Source: Vermamoeba vermiformis (Eukaryota). Taken from it: 64,000 nucleotides of DNA. The translations under genes were made by a program, and so were the position numbers. Each line of letters opens with the position of its first letter. Positions within the stretch are counted from its first letter, which is position 1. This document shows, piece by piece, positions 33,514-44,454 of this stretch. The DNA lies in NCBI GenBank assembly GCA_045837725.1, contig JBEWZL010000049.1, forward strand, positions 62,001 through 126,000, in the 5' to 3' direction. The notes beneath the pieces are model-generated. The model saw nothing but the letters and a program-made list of their open reading frames with translations. It was not told where the DNA came from and searched no databases.

Positions 33514-36500
33514 GCATCAATCAACAAAGAGTCTACAACTAAATCTACGTCCGAAACCGAAAAGAAGGCCCGCGCTACTCCGTGCTACGCTCCTGCTATC
33601 TTGAATGGAAAAGAAGTCCTCGTCATGATCGACACTGGCGCCTCTGCAACACTTATCAACTCTCCAATGGCCATTAACATCTTGGGTAAAGGCTTTAAAA
33701 TGAAGCCTTACAATGACGGTCCTCTCGCCGGCGTCACAAATCAATCACTGAAAATTCTCGGAGTTACTCCAATCGAATTGACGTTTGCCGGCCTTCGGGT
33801 CACTCGTCAATTTGTCATCGCTGAAGGCCTTAATACTGATGTCATCTTTGGTAACGACACTCTTCTGGATCTGGAGCTCTCAGTCAGTTTCTACAAACGA
33901 CGCATCAAGTCTCGACATGGTAGAGTACCAATGACCTGTACAACCCAGGACGGACTGCTATTCCAACGGCAACGTCTTGCTTGTCCAGTGGATCTAGAAT
34001 TGCCGCCTAGATCTGGTACGCACTTCGGTGTGAACGTCAATGTGGCTCCGGGTACTACTATCACTTTCGCGCCGAACGAAGAAGTGCTTCAGGAGACCAG
34101 CATACGCGTAGCTGGCACTCTTGATATCGTATCAACTGACGGATTAATTATGGTCAACGTGGTGAATCCAACAATTTTTCCGATCACGTTAGAGAAAGGA
34201 AGAATACTCGGATCCGTCGAACCCATATTGCAATACGACTTCATCAATAATATTCAAGAACAAGCAAAAGATAAGCAACTTAAGGAATTAACGGAAGAAG
34301 AATTTCTCGCGCAATTCGACTTCGATCTCGATCTAACTGCGCAGCAGATCGAAGAGTTGAAACAAATACTTCTGGATTTTCGCGACAGATTTATCAACAA
34401 AATAGAACGCATAGAAGGTCTACAAACAAACGTCTATCACTCCATCATCACAAATCCAAACGAGATCGTGCAAAAACAACCTTACTCTTATGGCCCTGCT
34501 CAACGCGCAATTATCGACAAAGAAATCGACGAAATGGAAGCTGCTGGTATTATTCAACGCTCCTCTTCACCCTGGGCATCGCCTGTCGTACTCGTCAAAA
34601 AGAAGGATGGATCTACTCGTTTCTGCATCGACTATCGCGCTCTCAACAAAATCACTCGACGTGATATGTATCCGCTTCCACGCCTGGATCACACTATTGA
34701 TTCGCTGGTGGGAAATTACTATTTTTCGACAATGGATTGCGTCTCCGGTTATTGGCAAATTTTAATGAACCCGCTGGATGTGCCCAAAACTGCTTTCGTC
34801 ACTCACCGTGGTCTTCACGAATTCAAAGTAATGCCTTTTGGTTTGGTCAACGCCCCTATGACTTTTCAACGCTCAATGGATATGATTCTAAGTGGTTTGA
34901 AGTACGAGATCTGCCTCGTTTATTTGGACGATATTATTGTCTTTGGTAAAACTTGGGAAGAACACTGCGTTAATTTGCGAACGGTTCTCACCCGTTTGCG
35001 CGACGCTGGTATTTATCTCAAGCCGAAGAAATGTCACTTTGCGAAAAAATCAATCACTTTTCTTGGACACGTCATCTCGTCAGAAGGTGCTGCCGCAACT
35101 CCCGACAAAATCAAGGCCGTTCAACAGTTCCCGACGCCTCAGAACCCCGATGACGTTCGCTCATACCTTGGCTTGGTTGGTTTTTATCGACACTTCATCA
35201 AAAACATGGCTGAAATCGCACAACCGCTCAACGCGCTACTGAAAGAAAATATAACTTGGAAATGGACAGAAGTCGAAGACAACGCGTTCAACAAACTCAA
35301 AGAAGCGCTTACTACCGCTCCCGTGCTTGGCTTACCCGATTATTCTCAGAATTTCATCCTCACTACTGATGCTTCGAACAAAGGTATTGGTGGCATCTTA
35401 TCGCAATTCCAGAATGGCAAAGAACGCGTAATTGGCTACTATTCGCGCAAGCTCAACAGCGCCGAAAAGAATTACCCTATCACGGAAAAAGAAGCTCTCG
35501 CTATGGTCAAGTCTATTCAACACTTTCGCCCGTATCTCTATGGTCGACGTTTCACGCTTGTCACGGATCATCAAGCCCTGGTCTATCTGCATTCGAACAA
35601 GGCTCCCACTGGTCGCTTAGCAAGATGGCAAAATTCGCTTATGGATTACGACTTTGACGTAATATACCGCCGTGGTTCCCAAAATGGTAATGCGGATGCA
35701 CTCTCCAGATATCCGCTCTCGACAATTTCCTCAGTTACGCAACAAGCTTTTTGGACAAAAGAAGAAATGGAGAAAGCACAACAGAACGACGAATCGATAA
35801 GTTTCCTCTACGACTATTTTCTACATGGAGATCTACCAAAAGACAATCTCAAACGATTTATCGCGCTTACTCATCGCAACGAATTCTTAATAGACAATGG
35901 ACTTCTCTATCGACTCCGCCATAATCAATTTATTCAAGAAACAACTCGACAACTGGTGGTCCCGAAGGAATTTCGCAAGCAAGTTTTGGATCAAGCTCAC
36001 AGCTCGCCTCTCGCCGCGCACTTTGGATTCAACAAGACTTACTACCGCCTACGTGAACACTTCTACTGGCCCAACATGATGCGAGACACGAACGAATATA
36101 TTTCCGCCTGTGCCTCGTGTGGTGCTCGTAAAATTACTCCGCTCAAGCCGATCGGCGATCTGCAGTCGTACGATCCGCGAGAGCCATTCGACATCATCTC
36201 AATCGACTTGGTTGGTCCTCTCCCGAAGACTAAAAATGGCTACAAATACATTCTGGTTATTCAAGACTTATTTAGCAAGTGGGTGGAAGCGTTTCCGCTT
36301 AAATCGAAGAAATCTCACTACATCGCGTCAAGACTCATCAAGGACATCGTCTGCCGGTTTGGTTCCCCTCGACAAATCCTCTCTGATCGCGGTACGGAAT
36401 TTCTGAATCAGATCGTCGCAGAAATTTGCAAAGTTATTGGATCAGTTAAAATTTTCACTGCTCCTTATCACCCGCAAGCTGATGGACAGGTCGAACGCTT

Positions 36501-37416
36501 CAACAAAACGCTTCAAGATGGTCTCTATCACTACGTCAACGATAACTCCGACAATTGGGACGAATTTATTCCGCACGTGCTCTTCGCCTACAGAATAACG
36601 GCTCAGACTTCAACGAAAGTATCGCCCTTCGAAATACTCTTTGGAAGAATCGCTCGCACTCCGCTCCTCAACGGAATTATTGACCCATCACGCGATCTAC
36701 ATCTCGACATGTCAAGTTACGTCGCTGAGATCTCTGCCAGATTTCTACAAGCCTACGAACTCGTCAAGGACAACATCACCAACTCACAATCACGCATGGC
36801 CTACTACTACAACATGAATCGACGCGACTACGAATTTAAAGTTGGCGACTACGTGTGGCATCGAAATTTCACCGCTGGAAAACTCGAAGAGAAATGGTTT
36901 GGCCCGTATATCATCACGAAGAAACTCTCGGATCTCAACTACAAGATTCAAGACCCTGCTCGTAAGAAGAAAGCTAAAGTGGTTAACGTCAATCAGATCA
37001 AACTCTTCACTTCTCGTTTCGAAATGGACCCTGACGCCCGCGACAAAGAAGAAGAAAAGAACAACGCTACGCCTATCAACAAGCCCGTCACTCCCAAAGT
37101 AACGAAAGAAGATTCTCCGTCTGAAATTTCTCCGCCTGCTCGATCCAACGATCAACTCACTCAACTTGGTTTACTACTACTTCAACTTCGCCGTACTTTC
37201 GAAGACACTCTCAACTATGGCATCACTGCTATCAAACGACAACTCTCGGAATTACTCTGCGTCGGATCAATTTACATCAAGTCATCGCGCCTCAACGAAA
37301 AGTTTAAACGTCAACTCTCTCAGCTCAAGACTCGCCCCGACATCCTGCTTTTCCTACAACGCATCACGTCAAACTTCAACACGGAATTTCAAGAAGAACT
37401 GCAACGCTCGTCTTAA
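33478..37416 (+). CDS. pol: Pol polyprotein (protease, RT, RNase H, integrase)
   Basis: IDTGA protease, SPWASPVVLV...YLDD RT, TDAS...TDH RNase H, HHCC plus D-D-35-E integrase and GPY motif. Confidence 0.98.
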   Translation: MHSTDAGSVSVVASINKESTTKSTSETEKKARATPCYAPAILNGKEVLVMIDTGASATLINSPMAINILGKGFKMKPYNDGPLAGVTNQSLKILGVTPIELTFAGLRVTRQFVIAEGLNTDVIFGNDTLLDLELSVSFYKRRIKSRHGRVPMTCTTQDGLLFQRQRLACPVDLELPPRSGTHFGVNVNVAPGTTITFAPNEEVLQETSIRVAGTLDIVSTDGLIMVNVVNPTIFPITLEKGRILGSVEPILQYDFINNIQEQAKDKQLKELTEEEFLAQFDFDLDLTAQQIEELKQILLDFRDRFINKIERIEGLQTNVYHSIITNPNEIVQKQPYSYGPAQRAIIDKEIDEMEAAGIIQRSSSPWASPVVLVKKKDGSTRFCIDYRALNKITRRDMYPLPRLDHTIDSLVGNYYFSTMDCVSGYWQILMNPLDVPKTAFVTHRGLHEFKVMPFGLVNAPMTFQRSMDMILSGLKYEICLVYLDDIIVFGKTWEEHCVNLRTVLTRLRDAGIYLKPKKCHFAKKSITFLGHVISSEGAAATPDKIKAVQQFPTPQNPDDVRSYLGLVGFYRHFIKNMAEIAQPLNALLKENITWKWTEVEDNAFNKLKEALTTAPVLGLPDYSQNFILTTDASNKGIGGILSQFQNGKERVIGYYSRKLNSAEKNYPITEKEALAMVKSIQHFRPYLYGRRFTLVTDHQALVYLHSNKAPTGRLARWQNSLMDYDFDVIYRRGSQNGNADALSRYPLSTISSVTQQAFWTKEEMEKAQQNDESISFLYDYFLHGDLPKDNLKRFIALTHRNEFLIDNGLLYRLRHNQFIQETTRQLVVPKEFRKQVLDQAHSSPLAAHFGFNKTYYRLREHFYWPNMMRDTNEYISACASCGARKITPLKPIGDLQSYDPREPFDIISIDLVGPLPKTKNGYKYILVIQDLFSKWVEAFPLKSKKSHYIASRLIKDIVCRFGSPRQILSDRGTEFLNQIVAEICKVIGSVKIFTAPYHPQADGQVERFNKTLQDGLYHYVNDNSDNWDEFIPHVLFAYRITAQTSTKVSPFEILFGRIARTPLLNGIIDPSRDLHLDMSSYVAEISARFLQAYELVKDNITNSQSRMAYYYNMNRRDYEFKVGDYVWHRNFTAGKLEEKWFGPYIITKKLSDLNYKIQDPARKKKAKVVNVNQIKLFTSRFEMDPDARDKEEEKNNATPINKPVTPKVTKEDSPSEISPPARSNDQLTQLGLLLLQLRRTFEDTLNYGITAIKRQLSELLCVGSIYIKSSRLNEKFKRQLSQLKTRPDILLFLQRITSNFNTEFQEELQRSS

Positions 37417-37428
37417 AGGGGAGGGAAG
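37415..37428 (+). promoter_or_regulatory. Polypurine tract
   Basis: AAAGGGGAGGGAAG abuts the 3' LTR. Confidence 0.9.
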
Positions 37429-37675
37429 TGTCATAGATCCATGACTTTAATTAATCTCTACTCCTCGCTGGTTGCACGACTCCTTGGTGCTCTACTCCTT
37501 GGTGTTGGCTCTCCGCGTGGCTTGGTCAATCCGCCTGGATTATTCCGCTCTTTAACCTAATATGGAAATACGTATAAAATATAAATATCTTGTACTTACG
37601 CTATTCACTCGGTTCAATAAATACAATACATACGAACACAGCTCTTTAAATCACTTATTTATTTGTTCTATTACA
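37429..37675 (+). repeat. 3' LTR
   Basis: Identical to the 5' LTR by visual comparison. Confidence 0.97.
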
Positions 37676-39122
37676 ACAGTAGTAAAAGGGGCTGGTCAAT
37701 TATTTGGAGAAGCTATTCGATCGCTAATCAACTTGCAATCGCTGTATTTTACTCGGGTGAAGGTGCATCCGGATGAAGTTCAGTATTTATCAGATGGCTT
37801 GAAAGCAAACAAATCGATTCAAAAACTCATGTTATATGACTGTGCTGAATCGTGGTGCATATTGAACGGCTTTTTCGAAGAAAACAAATCTATACAAGTG
37901 CTGTCATTTTCCGAACATTCACCTGGAATTTCCACGATCAACAATTCACTCGATGGATTAAAATATACTAAGACATTGAAAGAGTTGCATATAGACTCCG
38001 ATTATCCATTCAATCGGACAGCTATAACAAGTTTGGCGGAAGGTCTTAGATCCAACAGTTCGATAACTAGCTTGCACCTCGTAGCCAAGATCAATAATGA
38101 AGTGTTAGAAATATTATGTGATGCATTGAAAGATAATAAGATTGTTCGGACATTGAATCTGGCGGGCAATGAATACACATCCGTTCCTGCAACAATTTTC
38201 CAGATCAGCTCGTTAACGGACCTGATGTTAGGAGAACCAGAGCACCCGATCTCAGAGGGATTTACAAAAGAATTCGGCGAGGCGCTACGACGCAATAAAA
38301 GCCTTAAAAGGCTATCTTTGCAAGTCTCATCGAACGACGGATGCAGAGCAATAGCAGACGGACTGAAAGGAAATGATACGCTATATCAACTAATATTATT
38401 ATTGCATAATGTGGATGACGCATCTATTCGGTATTATGGTTCAGTTTTGGAGACACATCCGAGTATCGAGAATCTTATGACTGGTGACTATGCCTGTCAA
38501 GGCTCTATAATTGGAACGATGGTTGATATTATTAAGAAAAATACTAAATTGGAATGCATTGCAGTGATTGGCCAGTACAACGACAATATCGACAGGTTCG
38601 TGGATGCACTCAAAGAAAATAACACGTTAAAATCCCTTGAAGTAAGCATAACCGATGATATGCCCCTGATTATATACCGCGAAGAACAATTTATACCCTT
38701 ATTTGAAGTCAATTATTCCTTGATCCATTTGGGCTTTTTCGGCGCTCCTGTTGAAAAATACTTAATGCGGAATAGAATCTTTCAGCAAGAAATGTACGAG
38801 AATACTATGGTTGTGATACATAGTATAGCACGAGATTCGTCGATGATAGCTTTGATCCCGCCTGAGATCTGGATCAACGTGTTTAAGTACTTACGTTATC
38901 CTGGCTTAAAGTCATTCGAATCTATTGCACGCAAAATATTTGACAAATACAAATAAATAAATTGTCGAAAGGATGTAGTACTCGATCACCGAAAATGTTC
39001 TTCTTCCAGATCGATTTCCAGGATCGAAGTATCCGCGAGGGTTTACCTGTTAGTAGATTCGCAGCGTAACGGACAAGTGTCTTCTAAACTTTCGTTTATT
39101 ATGCAAATGAATACTAGTCCTA

Positions 39123-40908
39123 TTAGATTTTGTTCTAAAAGTACGTGTTAGTACTACGAGTGTTGATAGTATCATTACAATAACGTTACCTTCTTAACCT
39201 CTCTTCGCTTCAACTTAGCCTCGAGTTTTCTTTGTTGCTCAGGAGTCATGTTCTCCATGCGCTTCTCTAACTTTTCTTTTTCAGCACGTTCTTTCTCAAG
39301 TCTTCGTTGTTGAGCAGCCTAGATCCAGCGTCAAAAAGTCTGAGCAGAGAACAATTATACTGGCTTGTCTTACCTCCTCGCGTTGTTGGCGAGTCTCTTT
39401 CAAGCTCTTTTGGACGATCTTCTGTCTCTTTTGCGTGGCAGCTTGTTTAGCCTAAGTCGAACATGAGCACATCCACGGATCTGAAGTGGGCCAGCAGACT
39501 TACTCTATCGGACAACTTGGTTCTGCCAATCAAATCAACCAAGAAGAAAATCATCTTGAAGATAGTGACGTGTCGGCCCATATCGCTCAATGGCGGCATT
39601 CGCAACACAAATCGCAAAATCTTCGGGCTGTAATTGGCGCGTTGAGCATCTACATCATAATCATGTAAACACCGGCTACTTACTACTTGGGGTCCACGGC
39701 GAACTGGTCAGTGAAGTGCACGAAGACGATGTCCTTGTCGAATGATTGGAGGGTCTTGGCGACGTCTCCGGTCAAAATAGTCGAGACCATTTCACTGCAG
39801 TCAGACAACAACACTTTGCCCTTAGGGACTGCTTCGTGATTAACGGTAGTGGCCAAGGATTCCTACAATACAAATAGTAAGTCATAAGACAGAAGGTAGG
39901 TGCGAGGGACCGTACCAAGTCAGGGTACTCCTTTTGGTATTGACGCTTCTCGTTCTTGGGCACGAGCGCAAAGACGAAGGGCTCCATGGCATCGTCGTTC
40001 ATAGGAATGTCAATAATAACCTCGTCTTGAGATCTGCTGACAATGCTGTACAAGCCACTCAACAAGTCGTGACGTTTGTGCATCTAGGCAAGGTGGTCAA
40101 TCACGGGCCATAAAGCTTCATTATTAGACATACCTTGAGGGTGAATTGAGCACCAATGCAGTTAGCTCGACCAGTGCAGTGAGCAACAAAGCGTGCTTGA
40201 CTTTCTTTGACCAACAAAGTGTTAGCGGCCTCGCCAACTTTGCTGAATTGTTCTTCGAGGGTGGCACGATAAGTCTTAGCCCTGCAATGTTATTGATATT
40301 AGCACACCTCGTCTTCGTAGAATATCGATTTACTCACCAAGCGAGAGCATAAGCTTCGTTTTGGTTCTTGCCAACAAACGAGTACATGATGTAAACTACG
40401 ACGAAGGCAACAATGCCGATCTCCATGTAATAATTTGATGGGCCTTTAGACTCATTTAGGAGCACATCATCTAATAAAATACTATTAATACAAATATGGC
40501 ATTAATTTTTGCCTGGCAGGTCACGTACTAATAGGGATCTCAGGTTTGACAGGTGCAGATGGCTTCGTGGGCTTTTGTTTTACTTCCTCAACACCAACAA
40601 ACTCGTCATCGTCATATTCATCATCCTCCTATTTTTTAGAAATTTTTGTAAGGACACGGCTCGTTATACAAGCGAAAACAAGTTGATCCAAAAAAATTTT
40701 TGTTCTCGGTAGTGCTATTTTACTGCTGTATTACCTCCGCCGATCTCTTGGACAAAACTGTATAAATCAAGATATTAATTACCGATACGAATCAATGCTA
40801 ATCCGATCCCTCGTTGGTGACGTGGATTGGTTACTTACCCGGAGTGAATGCTGAAGCAAGCACAACAAATATAACAAAAATAGACAATAGTTTCGTTGTT
40901 GTCTTCAT
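39123..40908 (-). CDS. CCDC47: CCDC47 / PAT complex subunit (DUF1682)
   Basis: Signal peptide, acidic lumenal part, TM helix followed by GKNQNEAYALAW, CTGRANC, KRHDLL, VHFTDQ motifs and a basic coiled-coil end. Confidence 0.85.
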
Positions 40909-41048
40909 GGCGAAATACAGAACAAGAAAGAAAATAAATTAATTATGAAATTTAAATTAGACCAAAAATAACGAAAACCAAAGACTAATAGCTAGATGAC
41001 TAAGCAATACGCATTATATAGCCTCTATATGTACTAAGGCGCGTGAGC

Positions 41049-41144
41049 AAAAAGAGATACGATCGGAGGGAATCGAACCCCCTAAGCGAGGACTGGTCAA
41101 CTTCAGTCTTTAACCATGAGTCGCCATTTTTACTACACAACCAC
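41049..41144 (-). ncRNA. tRNA-like Pol III element (B-box/T-arm plus oligo-T), not a canonical tRNA
   Basis: GGGGG-TTCGATT-CCCTC T-arm with a perfect B box, TTTTT 12 nt downstream, and a TGGTTAA/TTGACCA stem. No canonical anticodon loop. Confidence 0.45.
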
Positions 41145-41372
41145 CAAACAAAGGTATGAACATTACCCATCCTTTGACTCTTCCCAAGTTCCGAGACCGT
41201 TTTGCATCTTTTTTACGAAGCCTGATGCAGTCTCGTACTACTTAAATAAATCGATATTGCAATGTATCAGCGATAATAATGCTCCTGAAAATTATTGCAA
41301 TGCTATGAATAATTAAAGGCTTCTATAATCAAAATATCTTCCTATTGAACTCACCGTAATTATTTTTTTCAG

Positions 41373-43423
41373 ATGTTGTCTACTCTCCGTTCATCAGTTG
41401 TTAAGGCCTTGGGCAAATCTAACGTTGTTCAGGTATAATTAATTATTCGAAGATAATTGCGGGGTATGAAATCTAATCCTCGTTTGCTGTAGACCTCTAA
41501 CAAGTCGATCTTCGGCTCCATTGCCTCTCGCTCTTATGCTACTCACCAAGACGAATCTGTAAGTATGCTTAAACTCGATATAGTGCAACGAAACGCGGCG
41601 AAGAAACAAATCTCATCCACACCCACAAAACCAGAAAACTTTTTAATGACCGATACAATAACCGGATAATTTTGCCTAATTATTTACCGTAATATAGCTG
41701 ATGTCATATTATTTATTTTCGTGCTCAGGAATAGGTCTGATTTTTATTTTTAAAAATAGGGCTTGAAGAAGCGTTTGAAGGAATTGATTCCTGCTAAGAG
41801 AGAGGAAGTCAAGGAAATCAGAACCAAGCTCGGTGCTAAGGTTTTGGGTACCTGCACTGTTGAACAAGTAAGATCCAATCGACTAGCCGTTGCGCGGGAT
41901 GCGATCGATCCAAAAATAGATAATTAATGCGTAATTTTATTAGGCCTACGCTGGTATGAGAGACGTTAAGGCTATGGTTTACGAGACCTCTTTGTTGGAC
42001 TCCAACGAGGTACGTTAACATTCCCATAAATCAATGCGGTGCCATCTGGAGTACAAGTCAAAACTCACGATCTTGTTACAGGGTATTCGTTTCCGTGGAT
42101 TCACCATCCCCGAGTTGCAAGAGAAGTTGCCCAAGGGCAAGGGTACTGAACCCCTCCCTGAGGCTTTGTTGTGGTTGATGATTACTGGCGAGGTTCCCAC
42201 TCAAGATCAAGTAAGCACGCCACTACATGCTCTCGAGCATCAATACAAACGGCTTTAGAGTCACTGCGGTACTAGAAGCAATCTACTTCTGATGGGACCG
42301 TGGTGCTAAAAGTCCGTGATATTCTTTTTTTATTTGTTTACTATCACATCCGACACGCGATCCGTATCTTTTTTGCGTCTAACTTTTGTTATTCTTTTAC
42401 TAGGCCAACGCTATTACCCACGAATTGCACAAGCGCAGCAAGCTCCCCAAGCACGTTGTTGACTTGTTGAACAACTTCCCCAAGCACCTCCACCCCATGT
42501 CTCAATTGTCTGCTGCCGTCACTGCCATGCAATCCGAGTCTCAATTCGCCAAGGCCTACCAATCTGGCACCAAGAAGACTGAGTACTGGGACTCTTCCTT
42601 CGAAGACACCTTGAACATTCTCGCCGCTTTGCCCGAGATTGCTGCTCGCATCTACAGAAACACCTACAAGGACGGCAAGCTCGCCGCTCACGACGCCAAG
42701 TTGGACTACAGCGCTAACTTCGCTCGCTTGTTGGGCTTCAACAACGCTCAATTCGACGACTTGATGCGCTTGTACTTGGTTATCCACAGCGACCACGAGG
42801 GTGGTAACGTCTCTGCCCACACTGTCCGCTTGGTCGGTTCTGCTTTGTCTGACCCTTACTTGGCCTTCGCTGCTGGTATGAACGGTCTTGCTGGTCCTTT
42901 GCACGGTCTTGCCAACCAAGAAGTTCTTCGTTTCTTGGTCGATCTCCAAAAGAAGATCGGTGTTGAAGAGCCCACTAAGGAGAAGTTGAGAACTGAAGTC
43001 TGGAACTTGCTCAAGGGTGGTCAAGTCGTCCCTGGCTACGGTCACGCCGTCTTGAGAAAGACTGATCCTCGTTACACCAGCCAACGTGAGTTCGCTTTGA
43101 AGCACTTGCCTCACGACTCTATGTTCAAGTTGGTCTCAAGACTCTACGAAGTCGTCCCTGACGTCTTGAGAGAACAAGGCAAGGCTAAGAACCCTTGGCC
43201 CAACGTTGACGCCCACTCTGGTGTCTTGCTCCAATACTTCGGTTTGAAGGAACACGAATACTACACCGTCTTGTTCGGTGTTTCCAGAGCCATTGGTGTC
43301 TTGTCTAGCTTGGTTTGGGACAGAGCTTTGGGTCTTCCTATTGAGAGACCTAAGTCAGTCACCACCGAGTGGATCAAGACTCACATGGTCAAGGAGAACT
43401 TCGTTGATCCCGATGAGCAGTAA
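41373..43423 (+). CDS. CS: Citrate synthase, mitochondrial type
   Basis: Presequence, then [50 protein letters not shown] and WPNVDAHSG. Confidence 0.98.
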
Positions 43424-43557
43424 ACAAGATCTGGTTGAATCTGTTTCTGAATTGATGTGTAATTCGTTCAGTCGATATACAACTACAACCGTTTTTAAAT
43501 AAAAAGCTTTTAATATAATCGTTCTGTACATAATTTACAACAAGGGTTGGATCAAGG

Positions 43558-44337
43558 TTACAGATCGCTCAACGTGTCCTTTTTAGTCTTAGAGTCAGTT
43601 TTAGCTTTCTTTGTCGTTTTCTTTTTCTTCTCTTCACCTCCGTCTTCATCAGGTCCTTCGTCAGCTTTCCTCTTCCTTGCAACTTTCTTCTTTGGCTCTT
43701 GTTCGACTTGATCTGACAACTGCTTGTGTAACGACTTGTTACGTCGTGCGCATAGTAGAACACTGGAAGGTGTTAGGTACTAGTAGTAGAACGTATTCTA
43801 AAGGTGATTGGACTTACTCGTCGGGTCTGATAGTTGTTCGTTTCGCGTGTTTGGCAAACTGTTCTAGATCTTCCGCTACAACACCTAAAACCATAATTAA
43901 GTATGGCTTTGACGCAAATTAAATCCAATTACCAGCAAAATCGAGAAATACTTCGTTCAGCGCTGCGATCGCTTTCTTGGAAACTGTCAGATCCAAGTTC
44001 TTTTCTGCAAAGGCGTAATAATTGTTAGAAAATTAATCAAATAATATTAAAAAATACACTGAGGTTAGAACTACGCTGAAACTGATTTTACGGACGTCAG
44101 GATCAGAAGGAAAAAAATAAATGATTACTTTCTGCATAGTAAGGCATCTAGACATTTAATTTTCGTATGATTACCCTCATTATCGCATATTTTTCCAATG
44201 AAATAGTGTGTGGCTGCTTGTAATCGTAGTTTGTCGTTCGTTTCATCACCGACATCCGCGTACTCTTCTTCAAGTGCATTTACATCCTCTTGGTTGACTC
44301 CATCGCCACCGTCAAATCCTTCAAAATCATCGTCCAT
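43558..44337 (-). CDS. CENPS: CENP-S/MHF1 histone-fold protein
   Basis: LQAATHYFIGKIC...AEDLEQFAKHAKRTTIRPDDVLLCARRNKSL. 4 exons. Confidence 0.88.
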
Positions 44338-44454
44338 AATGTTGACTGTGATCGTGCTCGAATTCAGGTAATTTTTTGGGCTCATTTTATGGTTTATTGG
44401 GAAAGGCGCTCGAAAAATTTGCTGACGAGATTCTCGCACTATTTATTCACTCCT

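Larger units (their letters stand above)
31647..37675 (+). mobile_element. Full-length Ty3/Gypsy LTR retrotransposon
   Basis: Two 247-bp TG...CA LTRs, 4-bp TSD ACAG (31643-31646 and 37676-37679), PBS, PPT, intact gag and pol in PR-RT-RH-IN order. Confidence 0.98.
31001..38956 (+). pseudogene. Zn-ribbon + RI-like LRR + C-terminal F-box-like gene, interrupted by the LTR retrotransposon
   Basis: Removing 31647-37679 restores the frame ...KLSICDMT-V-VKGAGQLFGE.... CPVC/CPIC pair, repeats such as NKSIQKL, NSSITSL, NKSLKRL, NNTLKSL, and C-terminal LIPPEIWINVFKYL. Confidence 0.85.

Noticed and set aside
41120-41126. GTCGCCA matches the retrotransposon PBS (TGGCGAC)
   Set aside because: Only 7 nt, and on the opposite strand and end from the tRNA-like element's 3' end; likely chance.
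42389-43114. 241-aa antisense ORF over citrate synthase
   Set aside because: Mirror-frame ORF expected from strong codon bias in a highly expressed gene; it has no motifs.
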